A stretch of DNA of 63,762 bases, filler included, from Octopus bimaculoides (GCF_001194135.2; 5 parts of 5 records of this genome joined end to end with filler, not necessarily neighbours in it), one strand, 5' to 3'. Counted from the first letter of the whole stretch, positions 50,979-63,531 are shown. Notes: generated by a model not told the origin, from the letters alone. Numbers and translations are program-made.

Positions 50979-51577
50979 TGCCCAGATGCAGTACGACGTA
51001 GTGGCTCCCATGGCTTCTGATCTTAATTGATTGGAAGTGTTATCATGAACATTGTTTTGTCTTGGTATAAAAGATGGGCTACAGCAAATATTCTGCTTAA
51101 TANNNNNNNNNNGTCTTGGTATAAAAGATGGGCTACAGCAAATATTCTGCTTAATACCACAGATTTGCTTGTCAATTGTTTGACCATAACCAGTTGAGCA
51201 TGTCCTTTGGTGGCTGTCGATATGTGCATCTCTGACCACGATCAGAAGTAGTGGGGGAGCATCATAATCATGTGTTGAGAGGTATTCTTTGGGGTTTGAA
51301 TAATTCACCTTTGGAATCATGGGTGTTTTGCTCAACATCCTTAAACAAACCTTATTCAGGGACCTTTTGAGCGGGATGGGCTACCCTATCTGAAGAAAAT
51401 TTTAACCATATATGCGCGACATGGTGATCTCATATCAAGATAAACAGCGCATAACCTCGCAGGTTGTGATGCATGTGCCTGGTGTATCCTTATCAGACAG
51501 GTAATCATGATGGGTATATTGGGTTTCGTATATTTTACCCCGGTGTCCCGTTGATGGCATGCACTGCTCTCTCACTC
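50978..51577 (-). mobile_element. Unclassified interspersed repeat, copy 1
   Basis: About 85% similar (by eye) to 51765-52040; starts right at a (TAA)n tract. Confidence 0.6.
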
Positions 51578-51579
51578 AA

Positions 51580-51587
51580 TAATAATA

Positions 51588-51670
<83 letters not shown>

Positions 51671-51717
51671 AAGAAGAAGAAGAAGAAGAAGAAGAAGAAG
51701 AAGAAGAAGAAGAAGAA

Positions 51718-51748
<31 letters not shown>

Positions 51749-51752
51749 AAGG
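51580..51752. repeat. (TAA)n(GAA)n microsatellite
   Basis: Read directly. Confidence 0.95.
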
Positions 51753-51764
51753 AGAATGATTGCT

Positions 51765-52040
51765 CTGATACAGTACCAGGAAGTGGCTTCTATGGCTTTT
51801 GATTTTAACTGATTGGAAGTGTTATCATGTACATTTTGTCTTGGTATAAAAGATGGGTTACAACAAATATTCTGCTTAATACCACAGATTTGCTTGTCAG
51901 TTGTGTGACCTTAACCAGTTGGTGGCTGACGATATGTGCATCGCTTATCACGAGCAGAAGTAGTGGGGGAGCATCGTCGCCATGTGTGAGAGGACTTCTT
52001 TAGGGTTTGAATAATTCACCTCTGGAAACATGGGTGTTTC
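51765..52040 (-). mobile_element. Unclassified interspersed repeat, copy 2
   Basis: Matches 50978-51330. Confidence 0.6.
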
Positions 52041-53335
52041 TTTCTTTGTCTGTCTACCCTCTTCTCTCCTTTCCTCTCGCTTTCAGAACCAGGCACCCAG
52101 CCAGTCAACTATGACCAGTAGACTTAATCTGTCACCCGGTTCCAATAAGCAATTAAGAAACAATATAACAATTAATCAAAATATATTTTGGCAAGTTTCA
52201 TAATTGTGCGAGTATGGCACAGTAGGGTTCTAGATGGAAACAGATATATGTTGTGTCCGTGTGCGCTAAGCGCGCGCGTGTGTGTGTGTTTCTATATATA
52301 TTTGTACAAATGTTTAAATATTTTTGTGTATGTGCATATAATTATGTGTAGAGATATATGTATACATATAAGTGCGTGATATATGAATGTGATATAGTTT
52401 TATCTCATCGTACCTTCTATTGATAAGAATATTGTCAGAATGGAAGAATCACACAAAACAATAAAACAGTCGGAGGACATGTAAGAATTGACATCAAATC
52501 GCCTTACAAATTCATCGTGCCCTATGACACCTATAGTCGTAGATGCTAGAGTCACCAATCGGTGTCTAGCTCCGAATCAGACGCATTCAAGACTCTGAGA
52601 AGGCACTTTAGGTAACTATATCTAATAAGTCTGTCAGTGTGAGACTGGTCTAACTGCGAGCTCGTTTAGCGCACGTATTTTTATAATCTCAAGGAGTATT
52701 GCTTGATGTTTGTTGACCCAAAGCTGGGTTCGTTCAGCGTTTTAACAACTCAAGCTTTTGATGTTTTTCGTTTCAAGCAGCCTTCTTTACTAGCAAAGGT
52801 TGCGAGTACACACAATAACAAGTATAGTTTTGCTCTTTTAATTAGTTCTGCTTCATAGATTATCAATGCGTATTTCATATTCTAATATATTCAATATTTG
52901 GAGAGAAAAATATCCGCTAGGCTTTCTCACGAAAATTGCATTAAATAATAACGACACAGTGAGTTATATGTTTTCGCCATTCGTCAATTGTTAGCCGATT
53001 CCAATGAGGTTTGTTTTTGTACTGAAAATTATTTTATTACATGCATATAAATACAAGATTGGGAAATGACAATGTTTTTGTGACGTCCGTCTATGATGAT
53101 GATGATGATGTTTGACGATTAATGCTTACTAATATCAGAATCCCTCAGAGATAAGTAGCTGTTTCATGAAATCCCTTGAGATTTTGTTAATCTCCTAAGA
53201 TAAGAAATTCGTAATCATTGCTGTAGTTCTTATAAATTTATTACGAAAACGTTTCCTTTTTTCATATATACAAAGACATAGGTGTTTGTGGGTGTGTGTG
53301 TGTGTACATATATATATATATATATNNNNNNNNNN

Positions 53336-53371
<36 letters not shown>

Positions 53372-53475
53372 TAAAAATAGAGAGCGAGATAGATAAATAG
53401 ATTCATACATACATACATACGTACATACATACATACATACATAGAGAGACAGACAGACAGATAGATATAAAGCGT

Positions 53476-54190
53476 GACTCGACTTTGTCCAACGTCACTT
53501 CGTTCACGTCTTTTTGTTCGATGATATTTTTGTCCAACGACTTTTTGTCCAATTTTAAATAAACTCTTCAGAAAACAAGGTGAACCTCAAAATCAAATAA
53601 TCATTGAGCATTTTATTGTTAGGATTCAAGGAAAATACTGTGGGAAAATGTATGTAAAAAAACTCATTTTTAAAAAAGTATTAAGATATAAATAATGATT
53701 TATTATGATCACTTAAAGCTGATGCAAATTATGTCATACTCTTCAAAAAATCGATTGTTCTTGTTGGTGCACATTCAATGACCAATCTTTTGAGGCGTTC
53801 AGTTATTCTTCGATATCGTGTACATGAATTTGACGGACCTCCTCGAAGAATTTGAGTCCTTTTACCTTTCCCCTTCCTTCGGAGTTTTGATTAATTTCCA
53901 TATATCCAAATGTACTCCACTCACCGAACGCTTTATCGCAGAATGAAACTCCTCCGCAGCATTGTTAGTTATAGGAAGACCTTGAAGAATACGCTGCTTA
54001 ACATTCCATACAGCTATCGGGGAATGCAGGCGGTTCTCTCCTTCGTCTAACACCACGTCCTCTCACAACGCCTATGTACGCGATGAATTCAGCAGGTATT
54101 TCTTCATTGTCTATTAATTCTTCGTAGACTCCTTCGATTCGACATCTTCAACGGGTAGGAAGGCTAATGCTGAAAACCACCGAGAGAGGG
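53476..54190 (-). mobile_element. Decayed MULE (Mutator-like) DNA transposon: transposase C-terminus and terminal repeat
   Basis: FSALAFLPVEDVE/YEELIDNEEIPAEFIAY/AVWNVKQRILQGLPITNNAAEEFHSAIKR..HLDIWKLI resembles the MULE PRTNNAVEGWH region; repeated TTTGTCCAAC motifs at 53490-53552. Confidence 0.75.
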
Positions 54191-54198
54191 AGAGAAGG

Positions 54199-54590
54199 AA
54201 AATTTCCCATAGAAATGTTTCAGAAATTCTGTAGAACACGTAGTGAATGTTTTCGAATAAATGTCTCAATGCAAAATCTTAGTTACCTCCGAGACTATAA
54301 GGTATGACACGAAAATCATTCTTCGGTTTCAGAAGACCTAATTTCATGGAAAAGCTATAGAAACACAAATATAGAGAAAATAGTTATAACAAGAATTCAG
54401 TAAAGTGTCTAATGCTATTGGCATTGAATCTTATAGACTAGATCAGTTAACTCTACATTCTGTTGAAAACGTCGTATAAACGAGAATGTTCTTTTTTATC
54501 TGAACATTTAGAAAACACTTTGAGATATTTATTCGGAAGCATCTAGAATGTATTCGACAGAATTTCTGAAACATTCCTAGGTGAAATTTT
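54199..54590. mobile_element. MITE-like element with ~74-bp imperfect TIRs
   Basis: 54199-54272 pairs with 54517-54590 (GAAATGTTTCAGAAATTCTGT / ACAGAATTTCTGAAACATTCC; CGAATAAATGTCTCAA / TTGAGATATTTATTCG). Confidence 0.6.
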
Positions 54591-55020
54591 TATCTTGTAA
54601 GTTTTTAATCTGTTTTAAAGAATTTGCTTAAACCACTAAACTGTTAATTTCAAAACTGTAGTCAAATTTATAGATCTTTAAAACAACTCGGAAGACACAT
54701 CATCTAATAAAAGTTTAGCCTAAGGACTCGTTACTGATTAAGGCTCTCTGTTATGGCTTACTGTTGTTTTCTTCTAAACTTCTTACTTAACCACTTAACC
54801 TTATTTTATACAATATAATCTTATTTCACTGCAAAGAAGAGACTGGAATTAGCCGAACGTACAAATTAGACTTAATTCTGGACGAAGGTGATACGATCGT
54901 ACGCGAAGATAAAGAGATACACAAAGCATACTAACCTGGAAATAATAACGAAAATAACAAGAACTATATAATGATGATGATGATGATGATGATGATGATA
55001 ATAATAATAATAATAGTAAC

Positions 55021-55067
<47 letters not shown>

Positions 55068-55080
55068 CAACAACAACAAC

Positions 55081-55283
55081 AATAATGATTTCAAGTTTTG
55101 GCTCATGGCCAGTAAGTTCGTGGTAAAGTATAAGTCGATTACATTGACTCCAGTGTTTCAATACTATTTATTTTACCGACATCCGAAAGGATGAAACGTA
55201 AAGTCGACTCAGATCGTAAAGTCGGGCGAAATAACGCTATGCATTTTGCCCAGCGTGCTAAGGCTTTTGCCATCTCGCTACCC

Positions 55284-55284
<1 letters not shown>
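55081..55284 (-). mobile_element. SINE family B between (TAA)n tracts
   Basis: CCGAAAGGATGAAACGTAAAGTCGAC...GCATTTTGCCCAGCGTGCTAAGG. Confidence 0.75.
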
Positions 55285-55341
<57 letters not shown>

Positions 55342-55473
55342 CATAACGCGATTAATTATAGCGAAGAGTTGATCCTAAGTGGATGTAAACTGTTTTTGAA
55401 TCTTTTCTACAAGCATACTGAAATGTGCTTCACATATAAGGAAAGAAATAAGCTCAGACGTACATTTATACAT

Positions 55474-55570
55474 ATAAACTCTATAAATACACACATATAC
55501 TACACATAAACTCTATAAATACACACATATACTACACATAGACTCTATAAATACACACAAATATTACTAC
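55474..55570 (+). repeat. 32-bp minisatellite, 3 copies
   Basis: ATAAACTCTATAAATACACACATATACTACAC starts at 55474, 55506 and 55538. Confidence 0.9.
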
Positions 55571-55824
55571 AGACAATCTCACATAAATATACGCATAGTC
55601 TCAAATACAAGTGACAAAGAACTGCAAAAGAAAAGTTACCCTCAAACGCAAAGACCTATAGATTTCAGAATAGACAGAAGATAAAAAGATAGCATAAAAA
55701 TTAACCGGTCTGTAAAAGAGCAGATTTAATGTCGAGAAAATGAAGAGGTAGGTAGACATGACAGTGAAGAGAAAAAAGAGATAGAGAATGTGGAAGTGAA
55801 AAAATAGATTAACACACACACACG

Positions 55825-55893
<69 letters not shown>

Positions 55894-55993
55894 NNNNNNN
55901 NNNNNNNNNNNNNNNNNNNNNNNNNNNNNNNNNNNNNTTAATTAATTAANNNNNNNNNNNNNNNNNNNNNNNNNNNNNNNNNNNNNNNNNNNN

Positions 55994-56329
55994 AAACTAT
56001 TATTTCTTATATTTAATTACTTATCATATGATTTTATTTACTCCATCTACCCACATGGGGAGTAACACATACTTTAAGAAATTATTATTTCTTATATCTA
56101 ATTGTTTATGTTATGATTTTATTTACTCCATGTACCCGCATGGGGATTAACACATACTTTGAAAAATTATTATTTCTTATATCTAATTGTTTATGTTATG
56201 ATTTTATTTACTCCATGTACCCGCATGGGGATTAACACATACTTTGAAAAAATTATTATTTCTTATATTAAATTGCTTATGATATGATTTTATTTACTCC
56301 ATATACCCAGACATTGTGGACACCCTGTA
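55994..56329 (+). repeat. Tandem array of four ~85-bp units ending in a Tc1/mariner-type TIR
   Basis: Units recur at 55997, 56082, 56167 and 56253; the array ends CCCAGACATTGTGGACACCCTG|TA; the same unit and terminus occur singly at 35400-35481. Confidence 0.9.
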
Positions 56330-57004
56330 GAATCATTGCTGTTATTATCATTGTTAGAATCATTGAATTTGCTTCTAAATTATAAACCACAGAAATTGAA
56401 CATGGAAACGTTGAAACCAATGACATAAATGCAATGTAAGTTCACCACGTATTAGAAAATCCAAATAGAAGGCACAAGTAAAAGAGCTAAACTATCATGC
56501 AAAAAATCATTTGGAAATAACAATGCACAACTAAAGCAGAAGTGTGAATCACACAAAAACTCCATCAGATCCTGCGATAAAATAAATTTCTTTTTTTTTA
56601 CAGTTTGCAAACTGAAAGGGAACAGAGTTTACAACATTTTACTCATTTAGTTCACAGTTTAATCTGCTGTGTTGTTCTGAAATGGAAACAAAATGGATAA
56701 AATAAATGCTTATATCAAAATACTGTATTAATAAAAACGATATTTTCATATAGCCCTTCACATAACGCAAAGAGCATTGCTTTTGATTTGATTTTGTAAT
56801 ACATGACTATTCAAAATCCCTTCCAATAATAAATGGGACAAATGTAACATCCCACATATAACATAGGCATGAACTAATCTTCAGGTGCTATTTAAGGGTG
56901 ACGCATATAAGGAACATATACGACTTGTACTTTGTGACACTATGAAAGAGAAGTAAATTTCCTTGTGCTATGCGAAAGATAAGTAACTTGACAATATCTA
57001 CATT

Positions 57005-57134
57005 ATTTATATTTGCCCTCATCTCATTTGTTGTTTACACAGCGTTTAGGCTGATACACCCTCCAGGCTTCAACAGGTGTCTTGGAGAAATTTCGAATCT
57101 GGGTTCTCATTCCTAAGGTATTTTTCGATGTTGC

Positions 57135-57135
<1 letters not shown>
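57005..57135 (-). mobile_element. Penelope-like terminal remnant carrying a decayed hammerhead
   Basis: Minus strand GACAC-CTGTTGA-AGCCTGGAGGGTGTATCAGCC-TAAACGCTG is two core substitutions from CTGATGA...GAAAC. Confidence 0.45.
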
Positions 57136-57207
<72 letters not shown>

Positions 57208-57208
57208 G

Positions 57209-57359
57209 TTCAGTAGTTTTATTCTTATAACGTGCTTTCACTTCACTACCGAGCGCAGCTCTGTGCGCCTTGGGTACGTGCTGTGGTTTGCTGTGGTGCT
57301 CTTATGTTTACTGTATTGAAAGTGTTTTGCGTAGAATGTGTGCAGTACCCAGTAGTGCA
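57209..57359 (-). mobile_element. R4/Dong-like LINE 3' end with (TAA)n tail
   Basis: Minus strand ALLGTAHILRKTLSIQ* then 3' UTR and a (TAA)n tail at 57135-57207. Confidence 0.8.
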
Positions 57360-58294
57360 NNNNNNNNNNNNNNNNNNNNNNNNNNNNNNNNNNNNNNNNN
57401 NNNNNNNNNNNNNNNNNNNNNNNNNNNNNNNNNNNNNNNNNNNNNNNNNNNNNNNNNNNNNNNNNNNNNNNNNNNNNNNNNNNNNNNNNNNNNNNNNNNN
57501 NNNNNNNNNNNNNNNNNNNNNNNNNNNNNNNNNNNNNNNNNNNNNNNNNNNNNNNNNNNNNNNNNNNNNNNNNNNNNNNNNNNNNNNNNNNNNNNNNNNN
57601 NNNNNNNNNNNNNNNNNNNNNNNNNNNNNNNNNNNNNNNNNNNNNNNNNNNNNNNNNNNNNNNNNNNNNNNNNNNNNNNNNNNNNNNNNNNNNNNNNNNN
57701 NNNNNNNNNNNNNNNNNNNNNNNNNNNNNNNNNNNNNNNNNNNNNNNNNNNNNNNNNNNNNNNNNNNNNNNNNNNNNNNNNNNNNNNNNNNNNNNNNNNN
57801 NNNNNNNNNNNNNNNNNNNNNNNNNNNNNNNNNNNNNNNNNNNNNNNNNNNNNNNNNNNNNNNNNNNNNNNNNNNNNNNNNNNNNNNNNNNNNNNNNNNN
57901 NNNNNNNNNNNNNNNNNNNNNNNNNNNNNNNNNNNNNNNNNNNNNNNNNNNNNNNNNNNNNNNNNNNNNNNNNNNNNNNNNNNNNNNNNNNNNNNNNNNN
58001 NNNNNNNNNNNNNNNNNNNNNNNNNNNNNNNNNNNNNNNNNNNNNNNNNNNNNNNNNNNNNNNNNNNNNNNNNNNNNNNNNNNNNNNNNNNNNNNNNNNN
58101 NNNNNNNNNNNNNNNNNNNNNNNNNNNNNNNNNNNNNNNNNNNNNNNNNNNNNNNNNNNNNNNNNNNNNNNNNNNNNNNNNNNNNNNNNNNNNNNNNNNN
58201 NNNNNNNNNNNNNNNNNNNNNNNNNNNNNNNNNNNNNNNNNNNNNNNNNNNNNNNNNNNNNNNNNNNNNNNNNNNNNNNNNNNNNNNNNNNNNN

Positions 58295-58400
<106 letters not shown>

Positions 58401-58417
58401 CATTATTATCATCATCA

Positions 58418-58637
58418 TTCAGTAATTTTATTTTTATAACGTGCTTTCACTTCACTAACGAGCGCAGCTCTGTGTGCCCTGGATATGTGCTGTGGTTTGC
58501 TGTGATGCTCTTATGGTTAAAACACTTTCAATACAGTAACCATAAGAGCATCAGAGCAAAGCACAGTACATACCCAAGGCACACAGAGCTGCACTGGTAA
58601 TGAAGTGAGAGCACGTTATAAAAATAAAATTACTGAA
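58418..58637. mobile_element. Head-to-head palindrome of two R4/Dong-like 3' ends
   Basis: 58418-58519 is about 90% the reverse complement of 58537-58637, with a 17-nt loop; both arms match the 57209-57330 3' UTR. Confidence 0.85.
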
Positions 58638-58704
58638 TCATGATGATAATAATAATAGTGAGGAATTTCAACCATGTTTCGTGGTCTGCTACCACAACAG
58701 CTCC

Positions 58705-58744
<40 letters not shown>

Positions 58745-58751
<7 letters not shown>

Positions 58752-58935
58752 TATAATTTCAGATTTTGGCACAAGGTTAACAATTTGATAGATGGTGATA
58801 AGTAAATTAGATCGACCCCAGTGGTTAGGTGGTACTTATTTTATCAATCCTGAAAGGATGAAGGGCAATATCGAACTCGGCGGAATTTGACCTCAGAACG
58901 TAGAGACGGACGAAATACCGCTAAGCATTTTGCCT
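58745..58935 (-). mobile_element. SINE family B
   Basis: GGTACTTATTTTATCAATCCTGAAAGGATGAAGGGC...CGGCGGAATTTGACCTCAGAACG. Confidence 0.75.
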
Positions 58936-59165
58936 AAGTCCACACATTGGAGAGAATCGACCACATTGACTAATTCCTTGTATTTTTTTTAATATTCTCT
59001 AACAGAAGGATGGAACGCATACTTGACCTTCGCTGGATTTAACATCAGCGGCCGAAATAGGAGGAATAAATTTCGCAATGCATTTTATTGGAATACTTCA
59101 ACTATTCTTTCAAATCACCTTCGTCATCGCCGTCGTCATGCTCCTTCTCCTCTACCACCACCACC

Positions 59166-59199
<34 letters not shown>

Positions 59200-59269
59200 N
59201 NNNNNNNNNNNNNNNNTACCGCCACCACCAATATCCACCACAACCACCACCGCCACCACCACCACCACC

Positions 59270-59333
<64 letters not shown>

Positions 59334-61656
59334 ATAATAATAATAATAATAATAATAACGATAATAGCAATACTCATAGGGGTAATGTAACAGTAACTAT
59401 TGATCTTTTTTTTCCCGTTTTACATTATGATGTGATATTTAATATTTCCCATTCCTACCTTCCTTTGCAAACTTAACCAAAAATCGTTCAAGAAAATATT
59501 GTATTTTTTTTCTCTCGAGAGAACGAGCTGAGCTTAATTGTCTTTTTAGAAGATAAACCTCGCCGCATATAATTGCCTTTCCTTACTCTATTAAGTGGAA
59601 CACTAATAAATCTATCATAGCTGAACATGATGTTAACGTATCCATCGTTGAAGATTAGATGCGACTACGTGAAACGTTATGAATATGGATGCATGCGTAT
59701 TGCCACTACACGTGCCTATATGTTTCCGAATGCGTGCCTGTAGGTTTCTATGTGTGAGCTTATTTCGGTGTATGTCATTGTATGATCACTTGAATGTGTA
59801 TGAACATGATGTTTATTTCTTACTCGCTGTATGTGCACGCGTTCGTGCTTGTACCTCTTGTTTAGGAAATACAATTTTTGCTTTAAAGCCCTCTTTACAT
59901 GAACTTTGCATGAGCGATCATTAAATATTTCAGCATTAGTTTAGAGCAATCGATTGAAAAGGAATATGAGAATGGAGAAGGGAAGGACAAGGACATTTAC
60001 TTCCAATTGATAAAACACGCCACGGGGAATATATCTGCTCATTTCTGATGCATATGAAACTGCGTATTTTTAGCAGACAACGAAATAGTTATCTAGATAG
60101 AGAGGGTGATAGATACATTGAAAGAGTCAATGATACAACTACAATGATAAGGCGATACATACCCAAAGAAGGAAATAAATATGGAGAAAGGTGAAATGAA
60201 AGAGAGAAGAGAAGAGAGAGAGAGAAGAGAGAAAGAGAGAGAAAAGAACGGTACGAGATAGATAGATAATAGATAGATAGATTGAGAAGAGAGAGAGGGA
60301 CAGGGACAGAGAGGGGGTGAGAGAATACTTAGGAGTTGTTAATAGTTCGTGAATATATATATATTATCATAAGGTTTTTTGTTTCCTATTGCAAGCAATG
60401 TTATACATTCTGAGTATGTAATCCACAGAAAATCCACTTGTAAACATGGATTCTGAATAGATACTAATTGAATGTATGCATCGAATCATACTCGAACAGG
60501 CCTCCCTGATTCTTCTTCGAATCAATTATGTACAAGACATTAAGTTTTGATAATATTATGATCAAATCTATTTCTACAGTTTACCGAGATATTAATGAAC
60601 TTCCTGGAAATTTATGAAAGTTTATCTTACTGAACGGATGTATTTTGATTATAAAGTAAACTCCATGATCAATAAGAAGAAGGGGCAAAATGCGATGAGT
60701 TAATGTTTATGCAGTTCCCTAAAGATACGAAATCGAAATACACCATAGTAGGTCGTATTCACAGTTTTTTCGCCGGATTTAACATCGGACATGACGCGAA
60801 TATAGTGTATCACTAACACAAATTGGGCCAATGCAAGAATATCGGCAAGGATCGACTACTGCTAGAAATAGCAGCTAAATATCCCTAATAAGTTGAAAAG
60901 GTATGTACGCATATGGAATGTAAACTAAGATAAAATATGATGAAAAAGCACACTGATTGCCAGTGTTAAGTGTTACTAAGAATTTCTTACTGTGATTAAA
61001 GCTAATCTGAGGTCAGTAAACAATAGGAACTTGTTTATAGCTTACAGTCATATAGATTCCTCAGGTGGGAATGACTCAGTCAGTATTGGTAGGAATTAAT
61101 CAAAGGAAGCAAAAAAGCAAAACAAAGAAAAAATGTCGAAAGAAAACCAGATAAGCAAGAAAGTAAGAAAAAAGGATGAAATAATCAATACAACTCCAAG
61201 TGCCTGAATTGGTCGCACATCACAATGTTCAACGGAACCTACTGAAACAAGTCATCTAAAGCAAGCTCGCATCGTTACCACGGGCAATAGCGAGGTTAAT
61301 GCGTTGCAACAGCCGACCACCCTCATCGGCCTCATCAGACACCTCGGTTAGGAAAGCAGCCAACAATTACAAGAACTTCGCCGTTAGCAGCCCAGCTCTT
61401 CGAAATGTCTCAAACGCCACAGGCTGGAAGACATCGCAAGGAAGTTATTACGAAACGTGGAGGTTCACTGGGGTTTTGTTATCTTCCGTGATTTGAATTC
61501 ATAAGCAAAGCGAACTGCTTGCACAAATCAGATTAGAAATGTTTTCATTTGGCCAAGTTGTCGCAGTTCATGTCTGCCAAATTTGAAAGTAATCAATGTT
61601 AATTATTTTAGTGTGCAATCAAATATATATCATCAAACGCTTGTTCGTTTAATAAT

Positions 61657-61855
61657 GATTTCAAATTTTAGTAGAATGCCAGCAGCTTCGTGGGAGGACT
61701 TAGGTCGATTAGATTGAACCCCGGTACTCAACTGGTACTTATTTTAGGAACCTCAAAAGAATAAAAGGCAAAGTTAACCTCGGCGGAATTTGAACTGAGA
61801 TCGAAAAATCGGATGAAATGCTAACGTGCTGACGATTATGCCAGCTCACCGCCTA
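61657..61855 (-). mobile_element. SINE family B with ~18-bp TSD
   Basis: GCTTGTTCGTTTAATAAT at 61639-61656 and GCTTGTTCATTTAATAAT at 61856-61873. Confidence 0.85.
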
Positions 61856-61874
61856 GCTTGTTCATTTAATAATT

Positions 61875-62075
61875 AATTCTAGTATAGGCACAATGAGGAA
61901 GGGAGTTAGTCGATTATATCGACACCAGTGCGTAACTGGTACTTATTTAATCGACCCCGAAAGGATGAAAGGCAGCGTCGGCCTCGGCTGAATCTAAACT
62001 CAGAACATAGCGTCGGGCGAAATGCCAGTAGATATTTCGCCCAGCGTGCTAACTATTCTGCCAGCTCACCGCCTT
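61875..62075 (-). mobile_element. SINE family B
   Basis: ACTGGTACTTATTTAATCGACCCCGAAAGGATGAAAGGC...CTGCCAGCTCACCGCCTT. Confidence 0.85.
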
Positions 62076-62085
62076 GATTTAATTA

Positions 62086-62185
62086 ATAATAATTCTTTCT
62101 ACCCAAGGCCTGAAATTTGGTGGTGGCGGAGACTAGTCGATTACATCGACCCCAGTGTTTCACTGGTACTTAATTTATCGTCACC
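62086..62185 (-). mobile_element. SINE family B 3' part
   Basis: CAAGGCCTGAAATTTGG...GTCGATTACATCGACCCCAG...CTGGTACTTAATTTATCG. Confidence 0.7.
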
Positions 62186-62204
62186 GAAGTTTAAACATGC
62201 ACGG

Positions 62205-62348
62205 CAGTGAGGTAAGAAGCTCACGTAGTTCCAGATTCAGTCCCACAGCGTGGCAACTTCAGCAAGTGTCTTCTACAATGTCCTCAAGCCGATCGGAGCC
62301 TTGTGACTATATTTTGTAGATGGAAATTGAAAGAAGCCAATCGTAATC
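62205..62348 (+). mobile_element. SINE family A 5' part
   Basis: GTTCCAGATTCAGTCCCACAGCGTGGCAAC...GCAAGTGTCTTCTAC...GTAGATGGAAATTGAAAGAAGCC. Confidence 0.7.
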
Positions 62349-62392
<44 letters not shown>

Positions 62393-62492
62393 NNNNNNNN
62401 NNNNNNNNNNNNNNNNNNNNNNNNNNNNNNNNNNNNTTAATTAATTAANNNNNNNNNNNNNNNNNNNNNNNNNNNNNNNNNNNNNNNNNNNN

Positions 62493-62528
<36 letters not shown>

Positions 62529-63248
62529 CAACAACGATAATGATAATAACAACAGCAACAGCAACCACAGCAACAACAGCCACAATAACAATAATATATG
62601 ATATTAATATTATTATTATTGTTATCATCTAATTTTAACGATTTAATGTTTTCAAAATTAATTAAACGCAAAAGACAGAATTTAATAATCGAGTTCACAC
62701 TCGAAGAATTTTTGAGAATTCTGTATGAAATATTGTACTGAATTCTTGAGACTGGTAAAAACAAAACCAAAGCATTAAATTTAATAAGAATAATTGGAGA
62801 TTTCTTTAAAATGATAAGAATTTCATTGGAAATAAATGGCTTAACAAAGAAGAGAAAATGAACAACGTGTGTACGATAAGGTGAAAAAATACGTTTATAT
62901 GAAAAATAAGATATTAAAATTATTTCTTCTTACACTAGAAATCAATATAATGAAAATGAAAGGTGGAAAATTAATAGAGTCGGTCAAATATCTATCTTAA
63001 TCATTTTGTTACCATATTTCTGTTAAAATACTTTGATAATGTCTCAATTAGTATCGAAAAGTATGAAGAATTTAATAAAATAACTATGATTATTAGCTGG
63101 TTGTTGGGAAATAAATTAACGTATTTCGATGGAAGGTTTTAATTTAAACCATTTTAACATTTTTACTGCCATATTTCTGCAGATATACATTGCGTTTGTT
63201 TCGATTACTTTCGTAAAATAACGTTGTCATTCTTTAGATGTCTTTTAT

Positions 63249-63463
63249 TCTTTCAGGGTCGATAAATTAAGTACCAGTTGCGTACTGGAGTCGATCAAAT
63301 CGACTGGTACCTTCCTCCAAAATTTCGGGTCTTGTGCCTAGAGTAGAAAAGATTATTTAGGATTGTAGTAAGGCAGCGAGCTGGCATAACCGTTAGCACA
63401 AAAGCGAAATGCTCAGCGGTATTTCGATTGTCACCACATTCTGAGTTCAAATTCCACGGATGT
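63249..63463 (+). mobile_element. Two partial SINE family B pieces (3' half, then 5' half)
   Basis: GGGTCGATAAATTAAGTACCAG...GATTATT followed by AAGGCAGCGAGCTGGC...GAGTTCAAATTCC. Confidence 0.75.
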
Positions 63464-63464
63464 C

Positions 63465-63500
<36 letters not shown>

Positions 63501-63531
63501 CATCATCATCATTATCATTATCATTATAATT

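Noticed and set aside
51060-51155. 43-bp direct repeat on both sides of a 10-N gap
   Set aside because: Unmerged contig overlap artefact.
55994-56329. CRISPR-like array
   Set aside because: Units are contiguous copies with no unique spacers, in eukaryotic DNA with no cas genes.
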